A stretch of DNA of 64,000 nucleotides from contig JBBADT010000007.1 in the NCBI GenBank assembly GCA_041656315.1, positions 561 through 64,560 of the forward strand, in the 5' to 3' direction. Both the position numbers and the translations under genes were made by a program. The DNA is from Advenella sp. Lineage in GTDB: Bacteria > Pseudomonadota > Gammaproteobacteria > Burkholderiales > Burkholderiaceae_B. Below the pieces are notes generated by a model that was not told where the DNA came from, did no database searches, and saw only the letters and a list, made by a program, of their open reading frames with translations. Positions 10,508-20,915 of this stretch are shown one piece after another. The first letter of the stretch is position 1, and the number at the start of each line of letters is the position of its first letter.

Positions 10508-12088
10508 TTACTCGTCATCAAAGCCCAATAATTTCAATTTTCGGGTAACCGTATTACGGCCTATTCCCAAACGATTGGCCGCTTCGGTACGATGTCCTTT
10601 GCAATAGCCAAGTGTGGTGGACAAAACAGCCTTCTCAAACTCGGCCGTTAAGTTATCCATAATGCCCGAAGTGCCTAACGCCAGCTGTCTAAGCACTTCT
10701 TTTTCCAAAAGTGGCAACCAGCTTTCATTGGTCGGCTTGGACATTGATGGATCCATAGAGCCTGCATTATCGGCCAACTGCATGGATTCAGCGTTACCAT
10801 CATTACAGAATGTCTTATTAAACGGCTGTACCATTTCCCTAGAGGGAAGAAAATTTGCATGACTTGCGCTATCTCCGAGCAGCAAGTGTCCAGATAAATG
10901 CTCAGATTTCAGGCTGCTTAACAATTCAGGGGGCAAATCCGGTTTTCCAATAACATTGGCTGGCGACATGACCGTTAGCCAGTGACAGAAATTTTCCAGT
11001 TGCCTGACATTGCCTGGAAAATCAAAATCCTGCAACACCTGCATGGCTTCCGGGCTCAGGCGTTTGCTTGGAACCCCCAACCCATCGGCAGAAAGCTGAA
11101 GAAAATGCCTGACCAGCCGGGGAATATCTTCTTTTCGTTCCCGTAAAGGCGGAACCCGCAATCGAATAACGTTAAGACGATGAAACAGGTCTTCGCGGAA
11201 ACTGCCTTGCGCCACCCTGGTTTCCAATGGCTGATGGGTCGCGGCAATGATACGTACATCCACATTAACAGGCTGGGTACCACCAATCCGGTAAAAACTG
11301 CCCTCGGCCAATACCCGTAACAAACGGGTTTGCAAATCCAAAGGCATATCTCCAATTTCATCTAAAAACAGGGTGCCCCCATTGGCCTCTTCAAAACGCC
11401 CCCTGCGCAAATGACTGGCACCGGTAAAAGCGCCCCGCTCATGACCAAACAACTCTGCTTCTAGCAAATCCTTGGGTATTGCGGCGGCATTCAGCGCTAC
11501 AAAGGGTTTATGTGCACGAACCCCATGCTTATGCAGGGCCCGCGCGATCAGCTCTTTGCCAGTTCCTGATTCACCGGTAATCAGTACCGTCACTTTGGAT
11601 GGCGCCAGCCTGCCAATGGCACGAAAAATATCCTGCATCGCACGTGAAGACGACTTGCTCATCATCTTGTCGACAGAGTCATTGTCAACCATTGAAGCAG
11701 TTGCATCGGCACTGGCCGTGTTCTGGCCTGCCTGTTCGACAGCCCTTGCGATGAGTGCCAAGGCCTCATTAATATCAAAAGGCTTAACCAAATAATCAAA
11801 AGCTCCTTCCTGAAAAGCACTCACTGTGCTGTCCAGATCGGTAAACGCGGTCATGACAATCACGTTAAGATCAGGATACTTCTGCTTGACCTGCCGCAGC
11901 AACTCAAGACCCGAGATATCAGGCATCCGGATATCAGTCACCAGTACATCGGGGCGTTCAGCTTGCAAAGCTTGCCACAAATCGTCAACCCGCTCAAAGC
12001 AACGGGGCTGCATGCCTGCTTTTTGCAAAGCCTTGTCCAATACCCAACGAATGGCCTGGTCGTCATCAATGATCCAAATTTTTTTCAT
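10508..12088 (-). CDS. ntrC: Nitrogen regulation response regulator NtrC (sigma54 activator)
   Basis: Receiver domain, GESGTGKE, GAFTGA, FREDLFHRLNV, C-terminal Fis-type HTH; lies in the glnA operon. Confidence 0.95.
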   Translation of the reverse strand: MKKIWIIDDDQAIRWVLDKALQKAGMQPRCFERVDDLWQALQAERPDVLVTDIRMPDISGLELLRQVKQKYPDLNVIVMTAFTDLDSTVSAFQEGAFDYLVKPFDINEALALIARAVEQAGQNTASADATASMVDNDSVDKMMSKSSSRAMQDIFRAIGRLAPSKVTVLITGESGTGKELIARALHKHGVRAHKPFVALNAAAIPKDLLEAELFGHERGAFTGASHLRRGRFEEANGGTLFLDEIGDMPLDLQTRLLRVLAEGSFYRIGGTQPVNVDVRIIAATHQPLETRVAQGSFREDLFHRLNVIRLRVPPLRERKEDIPRLVRHFLQLSADGLGVPSKRLSPEAMQVLQDFDFPGNVRQLENFCHWLTVMSPANVIGKPDLPPELLSSLKSEHLSGHLLLGDSASHANFLPSREMVQPFNKTFCNDGNAESMQLADNAGSMDPSMSKPTNESWLPLLEKEVLRQLALGTSGIMDNLTAEFEKAVLSTTLGYCKGHRTEAANRLGIGRNTVTRKLKLLGFDDE

Positions 12089-13176
12089 GTGGCGTCCAAT
12101 GGTAGCAATATCCTGAATTCTGTTCTGCCCGGCACCGAATCAAACTCAATGAGCCCGCCATGCTGACGAACATACTCTTGTGCCAGGCTTAGCCCAAGTC
12201 CCGTTCCATCTGGCCGACCAGTTACCAATGGATGAAAAACGCGATCATGCAATGCTTCTGGCACGCCAGCGCCATTGTCTATCACAGACACCACCACAAC
12301 CAGACGATGCATTCTGTTCAGCAACAAATGCCTGTTAAGGACGCGGGTTCTTAGCGTAATGCAGGGTTTGTTTTTAAGGCTGCCTGACAACAGTGACTGT
12401 GCGGCATTTCTGCCAATATTAAGATAGGCCTGAAGCAACTTGGCCATATCCGCATTCATGTCGGGTACTGACGCATCGTAATCACGCACAATAGTTATCT
12501 GCTCGCGATACTCTGCTTTAAGCAAGGCGTGCACACGCTCACAAACCTCATGAATATTAATAAGGGATAAGCTAAGGTTGCTTTGCCCCGGCCGGATGAG
12601 CCTATCAACCAGTTCCTGCAGACGATCCGCCTCGGCAATAATGACCCGTGTGTATTCCTGTAAGGCAGGGTCAGACAACTCCATCTCAAGCAATTGCGCA
12701 GCCCCTCTCAATCCACCCAGCGGGTTTTTAACTTCGTGGCCCAAATTGCGAAAGGTTTCCTGATGAATTTCAAGCTCTTTAATCAAGCGCTGATTGCGCT
12801 CGGCCAGCGTGTGTTGTTCAATTTCCCGTATTTCAAGAATCACGCTCCAGGCCTGCTGCTCAAGTCGCTGCAAAGTAGCACTCACCAGCAACTTTTCCTG
12901 TCCCTGGTTTTGGATAAGACTTCCCATCAACCCGAATGAACTGAATTCCCCATGCAGAATAGCCTCAAAGGCATGTTCAAACGCATGATCATCCTCAAAC
13001 AGGTTTTTGGCAGCCATGCCTTCTAAAGACCGGCTAGAACGCTTGAGCAGACTTTGACCTGCATTATTCACCCACCGAATCATGCCATCCTGGTCTAGCA
13101 TGCAAACAGTTGTGGCCAGCAGGTCAAGTGCCTTGCAATCCTGAAGTGTGACAGGAGAAGAGCCGTTTATGCGCAT
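12085..13176 (-). CDS. ntrB: Nitrogen regulation histidine kinase NtrB
   Basis: PAS N-terminus; HEVKNPLGGLRGAAQLL; DNGAG; GTGLGL. Confidence 0.95.
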   Translation of the reverse strand: MRINGSSPVTLQDCKALDLLATTVCMLDQDGMIRWVNNAGQSLLKRSSRSLEGMAAKNLFEDDHAFEHAFEAILHGEFSSFGLMGSLIQNQGQEKLLVSATLQRLEQQAWSVILEIREIEQHTLAERNQRLIKELEIHQETFRNLGHEVKNPLGGLRGAAQLLEMELSDPALQEYTRVIIAEADRLQELVDRLIRPGQSNLSLSLINIHEVCERVHALLKAEYREQITIVRDYDASVPDMNADMAKLLQAYLNIGRNAAQSLLSGSLKNKPCITLRTRVLNRHLLLNRMHRLVVVVSVIDNGAGVPEALHDRVFHPLVTGRPDGTGLGLSLAQEYVRQHGGLIEFDSVPGRTEFRILLPLDAT

Positions 13177-13213
13177 TAATTTCTCCTGTCATGGCCTGTT
13201 CGCTATCGTTGAC

Positions 13214-14626
13214 TTACAGCGAATAATACAAATCATACTCAACCGGGTGCGTGGTCATACGCAAGCGGGTCACTTCCTGCATTTTCAATTCCAGATAGGC
13301 ATCCAGCATTTCATTGCTGAATACACCGCCCCGCGTCAGGAACTCGCGGTCTGCATCCAGGGCTGCCAGAGCCTCTTCCAGTGAAGCGGCCACGGTTGGA
13401 ATTTTTTTATCCTCTTCAGGGGGCAAATCGTACAGGTTTTTATCGGCAGGATCGCCAGGGTGGATCTTGTTCTGCACACCGTCCAGACCTGCCATCATCA
13501 GGGCAGAAAACGCCAGGTACGGGTTAGCCAGCGGATCGGGGAAACGAGCCTCTACACGGCGTGCCTTGGGATTGCCCACATAAGGAATACGAATGGAAGC
13601 AGAACGGTTACGTGCAGAATAAGCCAGTTTTACCGGTGCCTCGTAATGGGGAACCAGGCGTTTGTATGAGTTGGTACCCGGATTGGTAATCGCATTCAGG
13701 GCACGTGCATGCTTGATGATACCGCCAATATAGTACAGGGCAAACTCAGACAAGCCTGCATAACCGTTACCGGCAAACAGGTTTTGACCATCTTTCCAGA
13801 TAGACTGGTGAACATGCATGCCAGAACCGTTATCACCCACTACCGGTTTGGGCATGAAAGTGGCTGTTTTACCGTAGACGTGAGCAACGTTATGAATGGT
13901 GTATTTCATGATCTGGTTCCAGTCGGCACGCTCTACCAGAGTGCTGAATCTGGTACCAATTTCAAGCTGTCCGGCACCGGCTACTTCATGATGGTGGATT
14001 TCCACCGGTACGCCTTGCTGCTCTAGCAAGACACACATTTCAGAACGCATGTCGGCAAAAGAGTCTACCGGTGAAACAGGCACATAACCGCCTTTGACGC
14101 GAGGACGATGACCATGGTTACCCTGCTCGGATTCTTCACTGCGAGACCAGTAGGCCTCATCAGACTTGATCTTGTATGAACAACCGGACATATCATCAGA
14201 CCAGGTAATACCGTCAAACACGAAGAACTCGGGCTCTGGGCCAAAATAAGCGGTATCCCCAAGACCACTGGCTTTCAGGTAGGCCTCGGCGCGTTTGGCC
14301 AAAGAGCGAGGATCACGGTCATATCCCTTGAGATCGGAAGGTTCAACCACATCACAAGTCAGAATCAGGGTGGGCTCTTCACGGAATGGATCAAGACGGG
14401 CCGTATTGGCATCGGGAATCAGCAGCATATCGGATGCTTCAATTCCTTTCCAACCGGCAATAGAAGAACCATCAAAGGCCTGACCAGACTCAAACTTGTC
14501 TTCATCAACCATTTTGGAAGGAACAGTCATGTGATGTTCTTTACCAAGCGTATCAGTAAAACGGAAATCAACAAAAGTGACTTCACGTTCACTCATTAAC
14601 TTCAGGATATCTTGTGGGGTTGTCAT
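13214..14626 (-). CDS. glnA: Glutamine synthetase type I
   Basis: [39 protein letters not shown], adenylylation loop KNLYDLP; start set at ATG 14626 after a GGAG RBS. Confidence 0.98.
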   Translation of the reverse strand: MTTPQDILKLMSEREVTFVDFRFTDTLGKEHHMTVPSKMVDEDKFESGQAFDGSSIAGWKGIEASDMLLIPDANTARLDPFREEPTLILTCDVVEPSDLKGYDRDPRSLAKRAEAYLKASGLGDTAYFGPEPEFFVFDGITWSDDMSGCSYKIKSDEAYWSRSEESEQGNHGHRPRVKGGYVPVSPVDSFADMRSEMCVLLEQQGVPVEIHHHEVAGAGQLEIGTRFSTLVERADWNQIMKYTIHNVAHVYGKTATFMPKPVVGDNGSGMHVHQSIWKDGQNLFAGNGYAGLSEFALYYIGGIIKHARALNAITNPGTNSYKRLVPHYEAPVKLAYSARNRSASIRIPYVGNPKARRVEARFPDPLANPYLAFSALMMAGLDGVQNKIHPGDPADKNLYDLPPEEDKKIPTVAASLEEALAALDADREFLTRGGVFSNEMLDAYLELKMQEVTRLRMTTHPVEYDLYYSL

Positions 14627-14681
14627 GTTTTCTCCAGGGAAAGCGTAATAGCAAGCCATTCAGGCCATTCAATATTAGTTA

Positions 14682-14697
14682 AGCAATTATCGTGCCA
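14682..14697 (-). promoter_or_regulatory. Sigma54 (-24/-12) promoter of glnA
   Basis: - strand TGGCACGATAATTGCT matches the TGGCACG-N4-TTGC consensus. Confidence 0.9.
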
Positions 14698-14769
14698 ATT
14701 ATTTTTGCACGATAATCGGTCATTGTCGTTATTATCGCAGCATATTGATGCAGCAAAACAGAATTATTT

Positions 14770-14815
14770 TGCACCTTATTGGTGCGAATAAAACAAAATG
14801 CGCCATAAAGGTGCA
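14770..14815. promoter_or_regulatory. Two NtrC enhancer sites
   Basis: TGCACC-TTATT-GGTGCG (14770-14786) and TGCGCC-ATAAA-GGTGCA (14799-14815) match TGCACC-N5-GGTGCA, upstream of the sigma54 promoter. Confidence 0.85.
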
Positions 14816-16045
14816 TTAAAGAAACAGGCCCTGCAAGTCATTCAGAAACCGCCAACCAAGCGGTGAAGCCTTGATACGCATGGGATCGGCATCCAGCAGG
14901 CCCTTTTTAAGCGCCGTTTCCAGTTGCCGGCTAATCCCAGCCAAAGACAGGCTGGTGCGCTCTTCATAACAGGATACGGGCACACCCTCTTTCAGGCGAA
15001 GCGCATTAAGCATGAACTCAAATGGCAATTCACTGCTCTCCAGTTCGCGTTCTTCGGCCAAATGAGAGCCATTCCGTAACACAGCCTTTTCCATCCAGGA
15101 TTCGGGGTTACGTACTTTTGCGGTTCGCACAATACGATCATGAAAACTAAGCTTGCCATGCGCACCAGGGCCAATGCCAATGTAATCACCAAACTCCCAG
15201 TAATTCACATTATGCCTTGCCCTTGCGCCGGGTCGCGCATAGGCCGAAACCTCGTACTGCTCCAACCCTCGCAAAGCAGTAAGTTCTATGAGCATGTCCT
15301 GCAAGGCGGCACTGGTATCGTCATCGGGCAAGCCTGAAGGCGGATACTTGGCAAAAACGGTGTTGGGCTCCATGGTTAGGTGGTATAAAGACAGGTGCTC
15401 CGTACCAAAAGACAAGGCTGTCTTAATGTCTTTTTGACAGGATTCCAGCGTTTGTCCGGGTAAGGCATACATCAGGTCAAGATTGACACGGCTAACTGCC
15501 TTTTGGGCCATTTCAATCGCTTCAATGGCCTGGCGGCTGTCATGAATACGCCCCAATATGCCCAAGGCCGTATCATCAAAACTTTGTATACCCAGTGAAA
15601 TGCGGTTAATACCGGCTTGGGCATATTGTTTAAAACGCAAGGCCTCGGCTGTGCCGGGATTGGCTTCCAGGGTTATTTCGGTATCGGGCCAGATATTTAA
15701 ATAATTGCGCAACATGGCCATCATGCGCTCTACCGCTTGAGCGGAAAGCAGGCTGGGTGTGCCCCCACCAATAAACACCGTATGAATTTGCCGACCCCAG
15801 ATAAGGGGCAAGGTTTGTTCAAGATCGGCCGCCAGGGCATTTAGATACTGTTCTTCGGGTAACTCGCCCTTTTGCGCATGGGAATTAAAATCACAATACG
15901 GACACCTCTTCACGCACCAGGGTACATGAATGTACAAAGACAGTGGCGGCAGCCCCTGGGTAAATGAAATAGCCCGATTGACCATCCCACCCACCTGTTT
16001 TTTGCTACGGGAAAGCTCTGGAAAAACAGGAATAATTTCTTTCAT
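14816..16045 (-). CDS. hemW: Radical SAM heme chaperone HemW (YggW)
   Basis: YIHVPWCVKRCPYCDFN, GGGTPS, YEVS, HNVNYW; adjacent to rdgB. Confidence 0.92.
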   Translation of the reverse strand: MKEIIPVFPELSRSKKQVGGMVNRAISFTQGLPPLSLYIHVPWCVKRCPYCDFNSHAQKGELPEEQYLNALAADLEQTLPLIWGRQIHTVFIGGGTPSLLSAQAVERMMAMLRNYLNIWPDTEITLEANPGTAEALRFKQYAQAGINRISLGIQSFDDTALGILGRIHDSRQAIEAIEMAQKAVSRVNLDLMYALPGQTLESCQKDIKTALSFGTEHLSLYHLTMEPNTVFAKYPPSGLPDDDTSAALQDMLIELTALRGLEQYEVSAYARPGARARHNVNYWEFGDYIGIGPGAHGKLSFHDRIVRTAKVRNPESWMEKAVLRNGSHLAEERELESSELPFEFMLNALRLKEGVPVSCYEERTSLSLAGISRQLETALKKGLLDADPMRIKASPLGWRFLNDLQGLFL

Positions 16046-16051
16046 GATGGT

Positions 16052-16660
16052 TTAATTGGCCTGCAACTCGGCAAGCAGTTTTTTCAGGGCAATTGCCCGG
16101 TGACTTTGACGGTTCTTTACTTCAGGAGCCAACTCGGCTGCCGTGCAACCCAATTCTGGTAGATAAAAGTAAGGGTCATAGCCAAAACCATGATTGCCGG
16201 CTGCCTGCGTGGCAATTTGGCCTTTCCAGACCCCTTGGGCAATAATGGGGCAAGGATCAGTATCTGAACGCACAAAAACCAGCAAGGCAATATAAGCGGC
16301 AGAACGATCACTTTTATTGGACAGCTCTTTCAGCAAACGCAAGTTATTGTTCTGGTCAGACTTTTCTTCACCAAACAACGTGGCATAACGGGCGGACAAC
16401 ACACCCGGCGCACCCGCCAAAGCCGTTACCGTTAAACCGGAATCATCGGCAATAGCAGGCAGGCCGGTATACTTGCTGGCATGCCGTGCCTTGGCCAGGG
16501 CATTTTCCACAAACGTGTCAAAAGGCTCTTCGGCCTCGGGTACACCCAGCTCTCCTTGAGGAATCAGCTCTATCCCCAATGGTGCAAACAAAGCCTTGAA
16601 CTCTTTCAACTTGCCCTGGTTATTGGAGGCCAGTACCACTTTTCCCTTGAAACTCACCAC
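16052..16660 (-). CDS. rdgB: dITP/XTP pyrophosphatase
   Basis: ASNNQGK, ENALAKA, ADDSGL, GFGYDP, SHR motifs. Confidence 0.95.
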   Translation of the reverse strand: MVSFKGKVVLASNNQGKLKEFKALFAPLGIELIPQGELGVPEAEEPFDTFVENALAKARHASKYTGLPAIADDSGLTVTALAGAPGVLSARYATLFGEEKSDQNNNLRLLKELSNKSDRSAAYIALLVFVRSDTDPCPIIAQGVWKGQIATQAAGNHGFGYDPYFYLPELGCTAAELAPEVKNRQSHRAIALKKLLAELQAN

Positions 16661-16693
16661 ATTACTTCCTGATTGTTGTTGACTTGATAATGA

Positions 16694-17440
16694 TTAAACC
16701 GGCCATGCATCTTGCTGAACGCGCAACAAACCGGCAATTCCCTTCTCGGCCAGCATTAGCAGGCTATCCAGCTCTTGGCGGCTAAAAGCATGCCCTTCTG
16801 CAGTACCCTGAACCTCGACAAACTGGCCGCTACCCGTCATGACCACGTTCATGTCGGCATCACAGTTGGAGTCTTCTTCGTAATCAAGATCCAGGACCGG
16901 ATAGCCCTGGTACATGCCTACGGAAATAGCAGCAACACGGTCTTTAAGCGGATTCTCCAGAATTTGTCCGGTTTTAAGCAGATGTGAAATAGCATCTGCC
17001 AGGGCAATCCAGGCACCGGTTATACTGGCACAACGAGTGCCACCATCTGCCTGAATCACATCGCAATCAAGGTGAATGGTGCGCTCACCCAATTTTTCAA
17101 GATCAATAATGGCACGCAGGCTGCGGCCAATAAGACGCTGGATTTCCTGGGTGCGGCCACTTTGCTTGCCTCGTGCCGCCTCGCGGTCACTGCGGGTATG
17201 GGTAGACCTGGGCAACATACCGTATTCGGCCGTTACCCAACCTTTTCCCTGCCCTTTCAAAAAAGGCGGAACCTTGTCCAGAACACTGGCATTACACAAC
17301 ACATGCGTATTACCCATTTTGATTAATACAGATCCTTCTGCATAGGGCGTATAAGAACGCTCAACCTGCACGTTTCGCAAGCCATTGGGTTCCCTATCTG
17401 AAGGTCGTTTGAAGTCTATGGTCAGATCATTGCCTGGCAT
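16694..17440 (-). CDS. rph: Ribonuclease PH
   Basis: [34 protein letters not shown]; the start (ATG 17440) is approximate. Confidence 0.95.
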   Translation of the reverse strand: MPGNDLTIDFKRPSDREPNGLRNVQVERSYTPYAEGSVLIKMGNTHVLCNASVLDKVPPFLKGQGKGWVTAEYGMLPRSTHTRSDREAARGKQSGRTQEIQRLIGRSLRAIIDLEKLGERTIHLDCDVIQADGGTRCASITGAWIALADAISHLLKTGQILENPLKDRVAAISVGMYQGYPVLDLDYEEDSNCDADMNVVMTGSGQFVEVQGTAEGHAFSRQELDSLLMLAEKGIAGLLRVQQDAWPV

Positions 17441-17573
17441 GCTTTCACCTATGTAATTTACGTTGGTAACATTGTAGTATGAGGACATTGAAAAATGGGC
17501 GTTTCCTTATTGTCCGATGTGGATTAACATACCACAGCAACAGCATTTACCAACATATACTTTGGAAATATTT

Positions 17574-18482
17574 ATGATTCAAAGCATGACTGCTTTTGGC
17601 AGCGCCCAAACCGAATCGGAACTGGGTACCATTACCGTAGAACTTAAAAGTGTTAACAGCCGTTATCTGGATTTGAATTTTCGCATTCCCGATGAATTGC
17701 GGCAAACCGAAAACGGCCTGCGTGAACTGCTAACCGGCAAAATCAACCGTGGCAAACTGGAAGCCCGGGTTTCGTTTATTAAAAACCAGGACGCAGGTAC
17801 GCTTTCAGTAGATCCTGCCTTACTTCAAGCCATTGCCACCCTGCTGGCAGACGTACGTGCCGTTATTCCCGAAACCGAAGCTCCCAAACTATCTGATCTG
17901 GTAAGCTGGCCAAGCCAGAAAGCCAAACCCGACTCCAACACCGAGTGGCACAAACAGTGTCTGGAAACCGCACGGCTGGCCATTGAGGAATTTATTACCG
18001 CCCGCAATCGCGAAGGCGAACGCCTTGCCAGTGCCATGCGCACCTACGCCACGGCCATGACAGAAATTGTTGACAAGGTTGAAACCCTTCTGCCCGAGGT
18101 TCATGCCGAGTACCGCACGAAACTGGCCACAAAACTGCAGGAAACCCTGGAGGCGGCCTGCCCCAATGGCTTGCAACATCTAAGCGGAGAAGAGCTGTCA
18201 GCCCGCATCGCCAGCGAATCCGCCCTATTTTCATTACGCATTGATGTGGAAGAAGAAATCACCCGCCTGCGTTCCCATATCAAAGAACTGCAATTGTTGC
18301 TGGATGGCAAAACCAACAGCAAACAAAGCACCGGCAAGCGGCTGGATTTTTTATTTCAGGAAATGAACCGTGAAGTGAACACCCTGGGCTCCAAGTCAAG
18401 CTCTTTGGAAATTACCCAGGCCGTGATTAACCTGAAACTGTATATAGAGCAGCTTCGCGAGCAGTCGCAAAATATTGAATAG
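17574..18482 (+). CDS. yicC: YicC/YloC-family endoribonuclease
   Basis: MIQSMTAFG, SVNSRYLD, RGKLE, GKRLDFLFQEMNREVNTLGSK, EQSQNIE; divergent from rph. Confidence 0.93.
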   Translation: MIQSMTAFGSAQTESELGTITVELKSVNSRYLDLNFRIPDELRQTENGLRELLTGKINRGKLEARVSFIKNQDAGTLSVDPALLQAIATLLADVRAVIPETEAPKLSDLVSWPSQKAKPDSNTEWHKQCLETARLAIEEFITARNREGERLASAMRTYATAMTEIVDKVETLLPEVHAEYRTKLATKLQETLEAACPNGLQHLSGEELSARIASESALFSLRIDVEEEITRLRSHIKELQLLLDGKTNSKQSTGKRLDFLFQEMNREVNTLGSKSSSLEITQAVINLKLYIEQLREQSQNIE

Positions 18483-18503
18483 ATCATTAAGGGCTGCTAC
18501 ATA

Positions 18504-18539
18504 CTGGCGACTGGCTTGTTTGATTTGGCCAGTCGCTGG
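18504..18539 (+). terminator. GC-rich hairpin after yicC (possible terminator)
   Basis: GCGACTGGC-12nt-GCCAGTCGC stem extended by G-U pairs; no clear U-tract. Confidence 0.4.
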
Positions 18540-18912
18540 ATTGAGGCAAGCAACCATACAAATACTAAAAAAATTCAAATTTCCCAACCCAAAGCCTGCA
18601 CTTGTGAGCACTGCTTGTGCAAACCTGATTTGCATGGAATTGCCGTAAATAGCAAACCCATTCTTTTCAGTCATATACTTTTTGTTATGGCAGACAATTA
18701 AATTTCATTTCAAATTGTATCGCCATTCATCCATAATAGTGTTTTATAAAAATTAGCTTAAAACAGCAGGCAGACATATTCCCTATCAAGATAACCGCCC
18801 AAGCAACCCTATATTGTTATAAAGCGGCCCATAAAAAAAAGAAACACGTCGCCACATTACAAAAACCCACTTTAAATACATGTATTTATAAATTTTGGCA
18901 TCAGGAGACCCC

Positions 18913-19896
18913 ATGTTATTTTTCAAGAAAACCACGTTCATTACCGCTGCGTTATCTTTAGCCTGTCTTGGCAATACCGCCCAGGCCAACACCGACTTTC
19001 CACAAAAAACGGTTACCCTGTACAGTGCCTTTTCGGTAGGTAGTGGCCCAGATGTCGTCTTGCGCATACTGAGCCAGGAGCTGGGCAAAATCTGGGAGCA
19101 ACCGGTGATTGTAGAAAACCGTCCCGGTGGTGGTGGCTTCATTGCGCTGGAAGCCGTTAGCAAGCGTCCTGCCGATGGTTATTCTTTACTGCAACTGGAC
19201 AGTGAGCACGTTTCTGCCCTGCCGCACCTGTACAAATCGCGCAACTACTACCCGCGCGAAAAGTTTGAACTGGTAGCCCCTTTGTTTTACACGCCTTTCA
19301 TGATTGCCGTTAGCGACAAATCCCCCTGGAAAAATATGACAGACCTTATTGACGCTGCCAAAACCAAACCCGACAGCGTCACCTACGGTTCATGGTTTGT
19401 GGGTAGCCCCGGCCATCTGGGTGGCGAGTGGATAGATTCACTTACCGGCACAAAAATGCTGCATATTCCCTACAAGGAAGTCAGCCAGCTGTATACCGCC
19501 GTTGCCAACAGCGAAGTAGACTGGGCCTATGGCACCATCCCTTCAACACGCCCCGTCTATGACAGCGGCAAACTGCGTTACCTGGCCATTGCCGCCCCTA
19601 AACGCCACCCGCTGTTCCCTAATGTACCTACCGTTGCTGAAGCCGGTGGCCCAGCCGAACTGGATGTCAATTCCATTGTGTCGCTGCTGGCCCCCAAAGG
19701 CATTCCAGAAGACGTACGTGACAAAATCCAGGCTGATGTGGCCACGGTGCTGTCTAATCCTGAAGTAATCAAACGCTTTGATTCTTTCGCTTTTGACCCG
19801 CTGACCTGGCCATTAAACGAATTGGGACAACGCCTGGATCAGAAAGAAACGACTTATAAGGGACTGATTCAGAAAGCGAATATTAGTTTGGATTAA
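18913..19896 (+). CDS. Bug/TctC-family tripartite tricarboxylate transporter substrate-binding protein
   Basis: Signal peptide; VIVENRPGGGG, ADGYSLL, HIPYK, PNVPTVAE; AGGAG RBS before ATG 18913. Confidence 0.9.
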   Translation: MLFFKKTTFITAALSLACLGNTAQANTDFPQKTVTLYSAFSVGSGPDVVLRILSQELGKIWEQPVIVENRPGGGGFIALEAVSKRPADGYSLLQLDSEHVSALPHLYKSRNYYPREKFELVAPLFYTPFMIAVSDKSPWKNMTDLIDAAKTKPDSVTYGSWFVGSPGHLGGEWIDSLTGTKMLHIPYKEVSQLYTAVANSEVDWAYGTIPSTRPVYDSGKLRYLAIAAPKRHPLFPNVPTVAEAGGPAELDVNSIVSLLAPKGIPEDVRDKIQADVATVLSNPEVIKRFDSFAFDPLTWPLNELGQRLDQKETTYKGLIQKANISLD

Positions 19897-19979
19897 TGCC
19901 TGAAACCATGATATAAATGTCATGATTTCAACCATATCAATATTTTTGGCCTTTAACCCTGTATAAGCATCAATACTGA

Positions 19980-20006
19980 TGGCTTGGTTTTTTATAAATC
20001 AAGCCA
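19980..20006. other. Inverted repeat between bug and vsr (terminator or operator)
   Basis: TGGCTTGGTTT-5nt-AAATCAAGCCA. Confidence 0.35.
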
Positions 20007-20041
20007 GAATTAATTTCGGGCAAGGTCATGCATGGCCCAAC

Positions 20042-20503
20042 ATGACAGATATTATGGACAAAGCCAGTCGAAGTCGGTTAATGTCCGGTATTCGTGGCAA
20101 AAACACAAAAATCGAAATTCAAATAAGGAAAGCCCTGTTTGCCCGCGGATTCCGTTACCGGCTTCATGTCAAAGACCTTCCCGGCAAGCCTGATATTGTT
20201 TTACCCCGTTACAAGGCCCTGATATTTATCCATGGATGCTTCTGGCATGGCCATGATTGCCATATATTCCGTTTACCCGCATCAAACATAGATTTCTGGC
20301 AATCAAAAATTGAAAAAAACAAAAAAAGGGATATTCTTGTCCAGTCACAATTGATTGAACTAGGCTGGAAACTTGCAACCGTTTGGGAATGTGCCATCCG
20401 TGGCCGTGAAAAAATCGGAGCTGAGGAAACCGTTAACCGCCTTGATAACTGGTTACGCACAATCAATACAAATATAGTAATCAAGGGGAAAAATGAACAA
20501 TAA
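20042..20503 (+). CDS. vsr: Very short patch repair endonuclease Vsr
   Basis: RSRLMSGIRGKNTKIE, GFRYRL, LPGKPDIVL, FIHGCFWHGH, FWQSKI...N..RD, VWEC. Confidence 0.95.
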   Translation: MTDIMDKASRSRLMSGIRGKNTKIEIQIRKALFARGFRYRLHVKDLPGKPDIVLPRYKALIFIHGCFWHGHDCHIFRLPASNIDFWQSKIEKNKKRDILVQSQLIELGWKLATVWECAIRGREKIGAEETVNRLDNWLRTINTNIVIKGKNEQ

Positions 20504-20559
20504 ATACAATTTACGGTACCTTCTGGTTTTCCATTTTAAAAGTCTGTGAAATTTTTATT

Positions 20560-20673
20560 ACCATGCCAATCCGTAACTGGAAGCTTGCGTTAAATCGCAT
20601 TATTGTTGAGTTGGAAGATCGCATCAACGATTATGTATAACCCAGACGGTTACACAGAATTATTTACCCCCTC
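20560..20673 (+). mobile_element. IS256-family remnant: transposase C-terminus plus right terminal inverted repeat
   Basis: 20560-20640 translates TMPIRNWKLALNRIIVELEDRINDYV*, resembling the W(T/S)MPIxNW...RF.IEF.DR end of IS285/IS1414-type transposases. It is followed by GTTACACAGAATTATTTACCCCCTC, an IS256-like IR end. Recognised from memory, not by search. Confidence 0.75.
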
Positions 20674-20915
20674 ATAATTGGCCGCTATTTTATCTACTTT
20701 GAGCCTAATATGCTCATGATCCTCTGAATCTATCTACTCCTCAAGAACTGACATCTTCTGCTTGAAAACTTCCATTTCTTAGGCCATCAATAAAACGCTC
20801 TTTTAATTTTTACAGCACATAAAAAACCAATAAATTCCTGCCTGCACTTTGCCTGACTAAGATTTCAAGTTTCTTTTTCATTCCTCTCTCTCCAAGAAAG
20901 CAAAATAAATCAAAG

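Noticed and set aside
18396..18701. Short ORFs downstream of yicC (92 aa on -, 61 aa on +)
   Set aside because: No RBS or motifs; one overlaps yicC in antisense; not integrase-like.
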